Source: Camelus dromedarius (taxonomy: Eukaryota). From it: a stretch of 64,000 nt of DNA. A program made the position numbers and the translations under genes. The stretch lies in NCBI RefSeq assembly GCF_036321535.1, contig NC_087436.1, positions 29,142,001 to 29,206,000 on the forward strand. Direction: 5' to 3'. Position 1 is the stretch's first letter, and each line of letters begins with the position of its first letter. The notes under the pieces are model-generated. The model was not told the origin of the DNA, did not search any database, and was given only the letters and a program-made list of their open reading frames with translations. This document shows positions 1 through 11,310 of the stretch, piece after piece.

Positions 1-740
1 AGTCTTGATAGTAACATTCATTTTTTTACTTGGTTAATGTGCAAATTTAAATATTTTCTAAAAAAGTAACAACATGATGTATTGAAAATTTTAAGGCATT
101 ATGTGAACTTTAGTAAAAAGGCTACCAAACAGTCAATGTATTAATTTAGATGATCTTAATTATTGATTCTTTCAAACCCAGTTAAATTGTGTACAATATT
201 TAGTTATATTTTATGATGGCTTTGTAATATTACATTTTTATATATTGTTCAAAGAATATCAATATTCATACATGAAGAAATTGTACAGCCAAGTCAGAAC
301 AGTATATATGATGCCAAGACCTCCACCAGTTGTTTTTTCAGTATCTCATTTTCTCTTCTCTTTGTCCTACTCCTTTCTTCCTTTTCCATCTCTCTCTGTC
401 ATTTTTTGTTTTTCTTTTCGTCTGTTGCCTTTGCCTCTTAGTATTATCTCTCATTACCTAATGCCTGGTCCACTTGGCAAACTTTTTCTGAACTGCTGGG
501 ATGTGTCTTGCACCATTGCAAATCACTGCAGAATAGAGGCCAGCAGCACTTCAAGGTAACATATTTTAAAATAGTTTAATATTATAAGCCTACCCATATC
601 TCCATAAAAATTACATACTTCTGACCCTAACTTTGAAAACTCACCCATCTTGAATTTAAGAATTATATTCCAAACAATTTTATTCTTTGTTTCTTCTATC
701 CAAGTCCTATTTCCATAGTGGTACTTTATATTATTTTTGG

Positions 741-1109
741 TGTTGTGGTTTAAATGTTTTGTGTCCTCCCCAAATTCATGTTCAAAACCCATTACCCAAA
801 GTAATATTAGGAGGTGGGGCCTTTGGAAGGTGATTGGGTCATAAGGGTGGAGCCTCCATGATTGAGATTAATGCCTGCCCTTACAAAAGGGACCACACAG
901 AGGTTTTCTAATCCCTTTTGTCATGTGAGGACACAGCAAAAAAATTGCTGACTCTGAATATGAAAACAGGCTCTCTCACCAGACACTGTATCTGCCAGCA
1001 TTTTGATCTTGGACCTCCCAGCCTCCAGAACTGTGAGAAATCAATTTTTGTTGTTTATAGGTCACCCAATCTGTAGTATTTTGTTATAGCAGCCCAATGG
1101 ACACGGACA
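741..1109 (+). mobile_element. MaLR solo LTR, MLT1A-like
   Basis: Starts TGTTGTGGTTTAAATG..CCCCAAATTCAT. Contains GGAGGTGGGGCCTTTGGAAGGTGATTGGGTCAT and TTGATCTTGGACCTCCCAGCCTCCAGAACTGTGAGAAAT, and ends GTATTTTGTTATAGCAGCCC..GACA, all MLT1A/MST hallmarks. Confidence 0.85.
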
Positions 1110-1231
1110 ATCAGATGCAATTGTTTAATGCTTTCCCTAAATTCTATTCTGTATCCTGGCCACAGTGGGTACAAATATTTGCCTATGCTAATATAAAAAC
1201 ATGAAACCAATTATTTACTTTAAACTAATAT

Positions 1232-1360
1232 TTGAATAGCACTTTATAATTTATAAAACAATTTCATGTATATCATTTAACTTCTTGTGGGAGATAGAAT
1301 TATCTGCACTCATGGATGGAGAGACTGACAATCAAAAAGGTTAAATGATTTACCTAAGAA
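1232..1360 (-). mobile_element. MIR SINE fragment
   Basis: Degenerate antisense MIR core (GATGGAGAGACTGAC..AGGTTAAATGATTTACCTAAG). Confidence 0.55.
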
Positions 1361-3808
1361 AATAAAACAGGAAACTTCAAAGTTTATTGGATCTGTATTT
1401 ACCTAGAGCAGTTCCCGGCCTTACTTTAGATTATTAATAAATGCTTGCTGCATGAATAAAATAGTAAGAGAGAGGTAGGCTTATATCAAAACTCTTTTCG
1501 CTTTCTAGCTATGTGATTCTGCACAATTTCCTTGAGCATTCTGAACTGCAGTTAAATTGTTTGGAAATATTAGTTTCTTTTTAAAAGAATTCCTATGATC
1601 ACAAAGTATCATATATGACATAATTAACAATATGTCAATTAACTTAGCTTTCTTCCTCTTTCATCTAGAGTCATAGTTAGTTTTTGGTGTTCCAAGATAT
1701 ACAGAGATCTGCAGAATTCTTTATTCTATAAAGGTATTTTTCTACTCTACTGCATTCTTCTTTTTTTCCCATCTCTGCAAATTTTATTACTTATCACCTT
1801 CAAAGTCAAGACAAAATGTGGAATCTTTGGTGGTAAAATGGAGGTACATTTACATTTATGCAGACTGTACATATTTATTAATTATAATATCCATTTCCAT
1901 AAAATGGCTATGACAAATTAAGTCTAAAGCTTAGTGCTTTAATTAAATTTAAAAGTTAAAATTCATTTAAAAAATATTGGCCTATTTAGTAACCATATAA
2001 ACTATCCAGGCACACACTATTCATATATTCTTAAACAGAACAGTTACAAGAGAAAATAAACTGCAGAGGTATTTCTCCCCTAAAATCCAACTGGAAGACT
2101 TTTGAGATCTCTCCAGAAAGTGTGTTCCTCTTCCATTATGAGTAGTGTTTACTGAAACACACCTTGTTCTGTGGAGCAGACATTTGATGGTATATATAGA
2201 AAGACCACTACAATGCAAGAATCCTATTCTCTTGTTTGATTCTGCCCGTCATTCTTAATCTTGAGACATTCCTACCTAATTATTTTTCACCTGTATACTT
2301 AAAACACAGATCAAATATCAAAATCAGACCCATGCTGCACAGTTGGAATCTTCTCTTGGTGATTTACTTTTTAGTTTGGATTTCTGAAAGTTGACCTTCA
2401 GTGCATGCTGTGTAAGCAGTACCCTGCCTCATCTCTCTAGGATAACTTGGTTTTCTGCACAGCACTGTTTAGCTTGTAAAGCTTGAACACACGCTTGCAA
2501 AAATCCCTGGTTGGATATCTAGTTTCGGACTCAAAACTTGTCTACATCTCAAGTTATATGTCTCTGTCTCAAACTTATTTTTATTAATCAGCTCATTAGT
2601 AGCACTGGCAAATCTGATCTTTGCCATGTATCCTCAAGCACTTCTCACGTGCAATTATACATCCTTGCATACATTACTGAACTGCATTGTCTGAGAAAGG
2701 CATTCTTCAGTCTTTTCTTTAATGCTTATCATGTGCCTTGTCCTGGCTAGACATTGAAGATACAGAAATAAAGAAGACATTGTTCTTTTCTGAATGTGCT
2801 AATGAATAACAAACCCTTGAAGCCTTTTTGTTTTCAATTTTTGATTCCTTAAGTGTTAGGGGGTAAGTAAAATATGTTCAGACATACTTGTGACTTCTAT
2901 AAAAAAGACAGGCCATGCACCCTCTAGAAATTGCCTGTTAACTTGGATATTTACAGTGGAAGAAAATAGTTTGCATAAATGACCCAGGAACTGAGATGAA
3001 CTATGCTTCTGGCAAGGTTATCATTCCGTAAATGGTTCATTCTCTTACAGCTGAAGTAATCCTGGAAGGTCAGAGGGTGGGTAAAAGATAAAATTAATCC
3101 ACATTACTGATAGAATAAGAGCTTAACTTGCTTAATAAGAAGATACTGGAACACTTTAAAGTTGTGAACTCACACAGAAAAGTTTCAGAGGGCTGCTATC
3201 ACCCACCTCATGCTTAAGACTGCAATAGATTGAAATCAAATGAAAGTCAGAATGTCTTAGAGCCAGACATCTTAACACTTTATGTCATGAATAAAACTGA
3301 GTCAACTACTTTTCTGATGGCACTTTGGATTACTCTTCCAAGTTAAAAAAAAAAAAAATCCCAAGGTACTAATAATTCTAGAGAAATTGTAGGTATAATG
3401 ATGTAAAGTAGAATTTCCAAGAGTCATTATTGTATGAGGCTCATTCACTGAGTGCAAGTCTAGTCATCATCTCAATTACATGCTTTCCTGCGTTAGCTTT
3501 TCTTGGAGCCAAAAAAGTTTTTCACTTTGGGAACTGAAATTTAGCCCTGTACTCTCACACCCTCTTCTTCAGACAGATGTGTGGCAGATGACTTCTTAAT
3601 GTAGTGTCAAGAAAAAGGCACTTATTTAATAATCCTCTTTACTATTGACAGAACGGTTTGAGAGGTACATTTTTCTTTTGTGATCTTCATCCTTTGCCTC
3701 TTAATATTTCTGTACCTTCTGTACCCAGCTGACTTCCCATTGGATATTTTCTTTCAATTTCTCAATAAATAACTCAGACCTGACATGTTAAACTGAACCA
3801 AACACATT

Positions 3809-4235
3809 TGTTTGTTAGATTTTATTGTGATAACAAACTACTCCCTTTTCACATTCGATTACAATCACTAACATCTCTTGTTTACATGACATGAAGGGCA
3901 TACATCGATTGTGTCTGTTAAGCTTGACTGGAGTCTCCATGTCTTCTAATTCTGGGATCACTGTCTGAGTGTTCTCATTGCAGAAGGTAGTAATGCAAGA
4001 CCTTAAACCACGTTTCACAGTAGTATTTAAAATATGCACGGATGAGATCATAGTAAAATCATGTCCGTTCACGTTTCCTTGATCAAAACTTGTCATTTGA
4101 CTATACTCACAGTCAATACAATTGGTCTTAAGATTCCTTCCCCAGGACAGGTGATATAATAGTGAGTAGAAATGCATGACCTTCTTACAGAGAGAAAGAG
4201 TGATCCGCTGGGAGCATTTAATTCAGTCTACCATA
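3809..4235 (-). mobile_element. Old MaLR LTR (MLT1H-K-like)
   Basis: The right end AATTCAGTCTACCATA is the reverse complement of an MLT1-type start. The left end TGTGATAACAAACTACTCCC and internal TTCCTTGATCAAAACTTGTCAT resemble antisense MLT1. Confidence 0.6.
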
Positions 4236-4491
4236 ATGTCTTTGACATGATCCTTTTCCTAAATTGCCCATTCATGTTGATCATACTTTTGACCACCCGT
4301 ATTGAAGTTCGTAGTCTTCCTGAACTCCTGTTTATTCCTCACCAAACACAGTTGACTGACCACCGAGAATTTCATGATGCCACCTATTCAGGTGTCCACT
4401 GCTATTTCTTCATCTGAATGCTACCTCCTAATTTCTAGCCTTTGTATCATTTATCATTTGAGTGATTTCCACTATTTCTTTTTTTTTCCTT

Positions 4492-4609
4492 AAAGCCTAC
4501 AGCTCCCTGTATTCCGAGGCAGTCTCCCATTCAAGTCCTAACCAGGCCCAACCCTGCTTAGCTTCCAAGATAAGACAAGATCGAGTGCATTCAGGGGATG
4601 GTGGTAAAC
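4492..4609 (-). pseudogene. Processed 5S rRNA pseudogene, near full length
   Basis: The reverse complement aligns end to end with vertebrate 5S rRNA (..GGAAGCTAAGCAGGGTTGGGCCTGGTTAGGACTTGAATGGGAGACTGCCTCGGAATACAGGGAGCTGTAGGCTTT). About 13 substitutions in the 3' 105 nt, about half of them CpG-decay transitions. A-tail (T-run 4479-4487) and TSD TCCACTATTTC at 4468-4478 and 4610-4620. Confidence 0.96.
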
Positions 4610-5717
4610 TCCACTATTTCCTTTCTAAATTGACTGATTTAAGGTGTTCCTTAAATCCCTTTTCCCACTGAATAAAAAATGTTGTTTCAAAAAAATGTAT
4701 TATGGGATATCATTCCTCTTTTTTTTTTTTTTTTTTTTTTTTTGTGGTTCACATGACTTTATGGATAGAGGCTTTAAGCCAGAACACAGTGACTTACTGG
4801 GCGTTTTATGACATGGACCTGACCAAAGGTTTCAACTTTCCCACTCTTCTGTGCTACGTTTCAGCTACTTTGACACTGTTTATTTCTCAGATGGGACTTC
4901 TGCTTTGGAGTGTCCTTTCCTTTGTCCACTTAGTTAATGCTTCCTTCTACAAGGTGCTGCTGTCACACCATATCCAAGGATGACTTCAAGGCTATCCCCA
5001 TAACAACCACAGGCTGTTGCTGAAGTGGTCTCCTCTTCGGTCTCTTAGCACTCTGTAGTACGCACGTAAGGTACTTACGCAGATGTATGTATCCTTCGCC
5101 AGACTGAATACTAAAGGGACATTCATGATATAATGGAATAAAAACCCTCAAATGTTGTTTGTCTTTCTTTTGGTACATAAATGTTTGCAAAGGCTATTTA
5201 ATTTAATGTTGGATATCATGATTAGCATTTTCATAAAATCAGACCTTTTATAGTATGACATTTATAACATTTTGCCAATAGATAATAAAACTTCAGTTTA
5301 TAATAGCTTGACTTACCCTACCATCTGGGAAATAATTGGGCCATAACCCAACTTTCACCTAAACTTACCTGAATTGAGGCTGAGATAGAGAGCTTCCTTT
5401 TACAGAATTCTTATAGTGATGCATCATTATGTAAATATTAAATAAAGGGTTATGATGAAAGAATGTTTATAGTTTCTAATTTAGTCTGTAAATTAGGTCA
5501 TATCTAAACAGGTAGATCACTGCCCTAAAATCCAAAAATTGAAAAATAAATTAAAAACATTCTACTTCGATGGGTGAAAAAAAAATTAAGTTAAAGCTAT
5601 AGCTAACAGTTAATCTGATATGGTTACCAACTATCACACTAACCATTTTTTTTTAATTGCAGCAAATGTGTTACAGAATCTAATTTCTTTGTATTACTTT
5701 GATTCAGACATTGCTTT

Positions 5718-6155
5718 TATTAAGAGAGCAGTCCTCCGTGGTTCCTGAGTGGTGTCCTTGTACATCCTTGCTGGTGTATCAAACAATTTTCAAGTATCTC
5801 CTGATAATGAGAAATTTTGCTAGCTCATCACACAGACACTTAAAGGTCAAGGAAACCATGTGTGACTACTAGGCAACTCCCCGCCCCACCTCGGGCACAG
5901 ACTGGCTTTTGTGCTGCTTGTGACAAAAAGTGCTGAGCCCTTGAACCTGGCTCCTCTGCTGTGGCCCAACCCCTCTGGTGTAGAGAGACTCTCTATCTTG
6001 GTCTTCCCTCCCCTTGGGACTCTGGCTCAGAAAAGCCTGCATTACCATACTCATGTTCCTGCTGTTTGTTGTGTTGTGGGTAACAAACTGTTTTGCTGGC
6101 TTCCGTGAGGTTTAGCACTGTAAAGTAGTGGTAAGCTTACCTGCTTCCCTCTTAA
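5718..6155 (+). mobile_element. ERVL solo LTR, LTR40-like
   Basis: Colinear with the recalled LTR40 layout: start GAGAGCAGTCCTCCGTGG..TGTACATCCTTGC, then CTCCTCTGCTGTGGCCCAACCC, CCCTTGGGACT, and GTTGTGTTGTGGGTAACAAA (degenerate polyA-signal region). Confidence 0.65.
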
Positions 6156-7319
6156 GGTCGTCTTGCTGCTTTTCCTTATCTTCTTAGGTTGGGGTTGTCC
6201 CCCTGCCAGATGTCCTGTCTTTCCCATTAATTGTTTTTCATGTTCAAAGGTAACTGTAGTCTCAGTGTATGATATTTTCTCTACTGATGTAACAGAAGAA
6301 ACTACTGTATACGACACAGAACATAAGGACTACCGTAAACAATACTTGGATTGCAGATGCCAATTTGCAGAGCCCTTTAAAAGTGGATTCATGACATATG
6401 GGCTAATGTATGCAAACATGTCCTGTTTTAAATTTTTACAATCTTTGGTTCTTCATAACTTGAAATTATGCTTCATTATGTTGTTCAGATATCTGTTCAG
6501 TATAGTCATTGATGTGATTACTTGTGATTTTTATCTATTTGAGCCAAAATAATCATTTTGATGTAAGTATGAGAGTTGGAACTCAGTCAAATAAGCTTAT
6601 ATATTTTTCTTGAAATAACTTGAGTTTTTTTAGATATCGGTTAATCCTATAAGAGACTTTGTTTCCACCGTTTTTCTTAATCTTGTGTTTCTGTTTCTTT
6701 GATGTCTATAAAGCAGCATTTCTGTAGCTGTACCACTCAAGTGTTTATGATCAAATACATTTTTATCGCAGGACTTCTTCAGGCTTTTCTATTAGTCAAT
6801 TCACACTAAAAATTTAAAAGTGAGAAACATAGTGTGTTCTTGGTTTACTACGAAACCCATGCTTTCCACCTCCTGCAGAAAAAAGGTAAATAGTGACGCT
6901 TTGCAAATTATTTTTCCAAAAGAATTGTGTGACACACCTCCTTGGCAATCCATATTGAAAATTTATAATTGCAAACAGTTTGTATCCCAGAGTTTTGTGT
7001 GTTATTGTGGATTGGTGGAAGGATGAGTTTCTTAGGTTGTGCACATTTGACAACGTAATTTTTTTGATGCCATCTTCAGTTATAACTTTCCTAAATGACG
7101 GAATGAAAGATTGATGAAATACCCTGTAGACCTCAACATTAGCACTGATTTTCTTTATCAAGTCCCAAACATGTCTTGTCATGAAATAATCACAACTTTA
7201 TTATTATTGTTATTAATTTAATGCATTTATTATTAACATAAATATATAGAAATGTTCAACTGAAGGAATTTTACAGATGTTCAATTAAAGATACTGTACC
7301 AATGCTCAATTAAAGAGAT

Positions 7320-7450
7320 TATCTATATCTGTAGGTGGGTAACAGATTCAGAGGATTTAGTAATTGCACAGAGTAACTAAGAGAACCCTAGGTTCAAGCT
7401 CGGACTCTCTGATAACAAAACGTAAATTATAGTCGATACACCATGCCACC
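7320..7450 (-). mobile_element. MIR SINE fragment
   Basis: GTAGGTGGGTAACAGATTCAGAGGATTTAGTAATTGCACAGAGT..GGTTCAAGCTCGGACTCTCTGA resembles antisense MIR. Confidence 0.5.
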
Positions 7451-10400
7451 TTTTAGAAAAATAATGCATGTGTTTTGATTAACTACAGATAATTATGATA
7501 TCAGAAAATGAATTATAAATTGGCAGGAACTGTAGAGTTAACAAACTTTTCATATAAACTTTCAATTGTGAAATTCTATTATTAATATGACACTAAGCAC
7601 ACATAGTAGGAGAGATGAGACCCAGGCTGCAGCCAGGATTCTAAAAAGCACACAAGTGGTCTGTACATATTATTCCTTTGAGGTTTATTCAGTTTACGGC
7701 CTGAATGCTTTTCTACATTTTAATTTCTATTTTGCTGTCATTATAAGCCAATATAATAAGAAATAATTCTGGAGAGTTAAATTTGAGCAATTAAGCAATT
7801 CAGCAGGTCTGGAGCCCCCACCAAATAATTATGAAACATGTCTCAGTATGATCCATAGACATTTCTTGTTTGCGTTTTCATCGTGAGTGGCCTAAGACAC
7901 ATAGATGGCATCTTGGTATGTGAGGGAATTTGTGCTTCCGGGAGCAGACCAAGCTGCCTTCTCTGTCTTGCAGCCACTATTTCTTATTTTTATCCTATTC
8001 ATACTGTTTGTGATCTTTAGCATCTGCAAGGGAAGGTGTTCCTGAGGTCACTTGAGCTTGGCAAAGTAAATAAACATTGTCAAGGAAGCAGTATTGAGAA
8101 TATTTTAAATGAACATGTTTAAAAATGAGCCATACTGGAAACCTTTGTGATACTGGTTTTGGGAAGACAAAATCAAAACCCAGTTTAAAGTCCAGCTTAC
8201 TCCTCATGGTGATACTGTATATAATTACAGGCTGTAAGGGATTTGATTTATCCTTTTGTAAACCTGTTTCAGTGCAGAAGTGACTTACTCTGATTTTCCT
8301 ATAGAGAGAAAGTATTATAAGCATATTAATTTGAAATTAAGCCAGAAAACAAGATCTATATCTGAAAAATGGGATTCACAGTTTTTGGGAAAAATAACAA
8401 AGAAGGTTTTAATGAGAAAATATTACTTATCCTAAACAGAACTATGTTAGTAAAATACTTAAACCATGTAATTTATAACACTTTGATAATATTAAAATAT
8501 GATGAATGAGAGAAACTTAATAATCTTTGGGATATTTAGAGATTTTCTAATTAGATAAAATAAGCAATTAAATTTATTTATAAAGGCATCTTGGGAAGGA
8601 TAGATAAATTATTTCATCTTTTGTAGATTTCACTGCACCATCCAGATTTGATTTTGTCAATTTTACTCTCCAATTAAGTTCAGAAATGGCCAGAATATGT
8701 TGTTACTTATAAACATCATTTATTCATTTTTTTAAATTTGGCAGTGAATTATTAAGCATCTACTGTTTCTGCTGTTCTGTGTTCAAGGCACTGGGTCTGT
8801 AAAAGGCAATAAAACACAGCCCATTCTGTCAAATATTTCAAGCAAGAAAAAATTCAGTTAGCTTCTCTGTTAATTACACCCTTTCTTTGCTGGAAAACTT
8901 GAAGTTTTGTGCCTCTAGTAATTGCCTATTAAAAGCAGGACTTCAGAGTCTTCATATATTTTGTCAATGTTTGTGATTGTGTATGGAGGAGTATGTTATG
9001 TATTGTTACATAATGGAAATGCGTAAACGTAGATTCGATTAAGCCTGAAGCAGGGCTGAATCATTCTAATTGTGTGGAACAGTTTATTCCCAGTGATGAA
9101 TTATAGTATATTAAAAATAATGAACTTCTGTTATATCCTTAATGCATCTAAGCTAGAGCTTCATGAACAGCTTCAGATAATTTGGGGGAAAGTTTGACAG
9201 TATATGTCACTTAAAAATGGTAGCACTTTGTGAGTTACCTACCAGTATGTTTCATTTGCTCTAAGTTTTCTGTCAGTGGATATTTTTTTCCCTACTCTTC
9301 TTGACAAACAATGTAAAGTTTAGCTCTTGCCTGCATTTTACTGTGGAAGCCCGGCACACTAAAGTATTGGATTGTTCACCTGTGGTCCTCTTATATGATA
9401 TCTAATCTTGAGCTGTTCTAAGATTTCCGCTTACTGTGTGTAGACGGGCAGGTGGGGTTAAGCAAAGGAAAAGAAAAGTTAGCAAAATGAGAGAAAATGT
9501 TTCTCGATGACACTATAGCACTAAAGGGTCAGTTCTATTTATAAAAGAGGATTAGTATTAGCTCACTGAACATTTACAATTCAGATGACAAGAAGATACT
9601 TTTAAGAGCTGATTTACTATTCTCAGGCCAGTGCTCATGCCAAGTGAGCTAAAGTAACTTCACCAGCTGAGCTAGTGAAAGTACTTAATATACTCCTCTA
9701 AGATCTCCATAAGAGTGGCTTTTTGGCTGCAACAAGAGGGCCTGCAGCTGTCAGCTCTCCCCACTGTCACCAGTAGATATCACTGCAGTCAATTAGAACA
9801 ACTACAGAGGATTTCAGACAGAGACACATGCATCTTTTCGTTCTTACATAGGCAGCTGCCCAGAGGTCACTAATCCATGACTGGAGGGAGGAAGTCTTGG
9901 CAGTGATGTGACTCATGCATTGACTGAACAGCTATAATCATCTGTCCAAATGTCTTAGGGAGATCAGAGATCAGACTGATCTCTCAACACAGTGAAATGA
10001 GTTTGCCTTTTAAAATGCATGTGATAGAGCTTAGTATATTTAAACAAGTTAACCCTGCTCACTATGGCAACTTTCTTGTAATTTGAAAATGGTCATAAGA
10101 AAGATAAGGAAAGGAAAGGAACATATTGAGTGTTTGCATTGTAACTATTTCCTAAAATAGTAATAACAGTAAGCTTGGTAATGGATTTCCTCTTTTCAGT
10201 GTTCTTCGGTAATAAGGAACATTTGGAGAAAACTTTATAAATATAAATATAAATAATTGTATGATTATGTTATTGCAATTTAAAGATTTTGGCAGATATA
10301 CAATCTATTCATTTTGGTTAAATAATTAATTTAAATTGCATAGCAAAATGTTTCAATAGTTGTTTAGATTTGTTTTAGATTCTGCACTTTTAGAAGATGC

Positions 10401-11029
10401 GGTGGTGGGAGCAGAGAATAAGGAAGTTTTCTATTCCTGAAGTTATCTAAGTTTCATTAGGATGTCGTCAGACATACATAGAAAGCAAGGGAGTATTTCA
10501 GAAAGTGATATGGAATTAACATTGAGTGATATAAAATTGATGAAATTAATGTCACAGTTTTAGCCAACCCTTAATTCATTTCTGATTGTAAGATGCTATA
10601 TAGTTGCTGTCAAAAGTAATTAATTCTAGCACAGGCTTTTGGAGAAAAAGTTTTATTCTAAGTTATATAGAGATGTTTACACCACAGCACAAAAAGAAAA
10701 CCACGTCCATGAAATTTATAAAGTAGGTGACTTATTACTTAAGTTGTGGGAATCATGATTTTCTGTGGGTATCTGTGTAATACACAAGGAAATGCAGTCT
10801 TAGTGCCCAAGTTATACTTTGGTTGAAATAATTCTCTTACTTGGATTTATGGAAATAATTTTTACAGAGTGCATGTATCACTAATTCTAGGGGAAAAAGA
10901 TAAAATTTAGCATTTGCCTTAATTACTTCATATTTTATTTGAAAACTCATTAGCTTATGAACTTATGTATTAGGTTGTTTTTTTCTGTATGCTTTATATG
11001 TATATTTCAAATTTTAGATGACTTCACAT

Positions 11030-11310
11030 CCCAAATGGTCACAAGATGGTGCAGCAACTCCAACCGTTATGTTTCTCTTTGCTGAATGAACGTTCAAAGC
11101 AAACAGGGAGGAGGAGGAAGGTCTTCTTCTCACTCACGCTGTTCTTTTTTTCACCAGAGAGAGAGAAAATCGTTCCTCTTCCTGCTCCATCTCTCTGTAC
11201 AAAAAGCTCAGATGGTGGGAGTGATTTCCTGGTAGGGAAGAAAGAGGAGAAACCAATTTTACTGGTTAAGGACAATGCCATGCTCACTATACTGATAACC
11301 AGAGACAACA
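11030..11310 (-). mobile_element. Ancient MaLR LTR fragment (MLT1K/L-like)
   Basis: ATGGTCACAAGATGGTGCAGCAACTCCAACC matches the antisense MLT1 motif ATGGTCACAAGATGGCTGCTGCAGCTCCAGC. Confidence 0.45.

Larger units (their letters stand above)
3700..5165 (+). mobile_element. L2 LINE 3' region, highly diverged, interrupted by an MLT1 LTR and a 5S pseudogene
   Basis: Pyrimidine-rich L2-like tracts (ACTCAGACCTGACATGTTAAACTGAAC; TCCTTCGCCAGACTGAATACTAAAGGGAC) ending in an L2-type terminus CCCTCAAATGTTGTTTG. Confidence 0.55.

Noticed and set aside
4492..4609. Functional 5S rRNA gene
   Set aside because: It is a solitary copy with TSD, A-tail, CpG decay and a damaged 5' end, and is not in a GC-rich tandem 5S unit.
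4718..4743. Long homopolymer tracts (also ~53508-53534 and ~57576-57597) as orphan retro-insertions
   Set aside because: No convincing TSDs or attached element body, so simple slippage explains them.
6163..6552. 129-aa ORF as a coding exon
   Set aside because: No recognisable homology, no convincing splice-site pair, and a hydrophobic low-information C-terminus typical of AT-rich noise.
7252..7326. CRISPR-like repeat-spacer array
   Set aside because: Only three degenerate 14-bp motifs with 11-bp gaps in mammalian DNA, and no cas genes.
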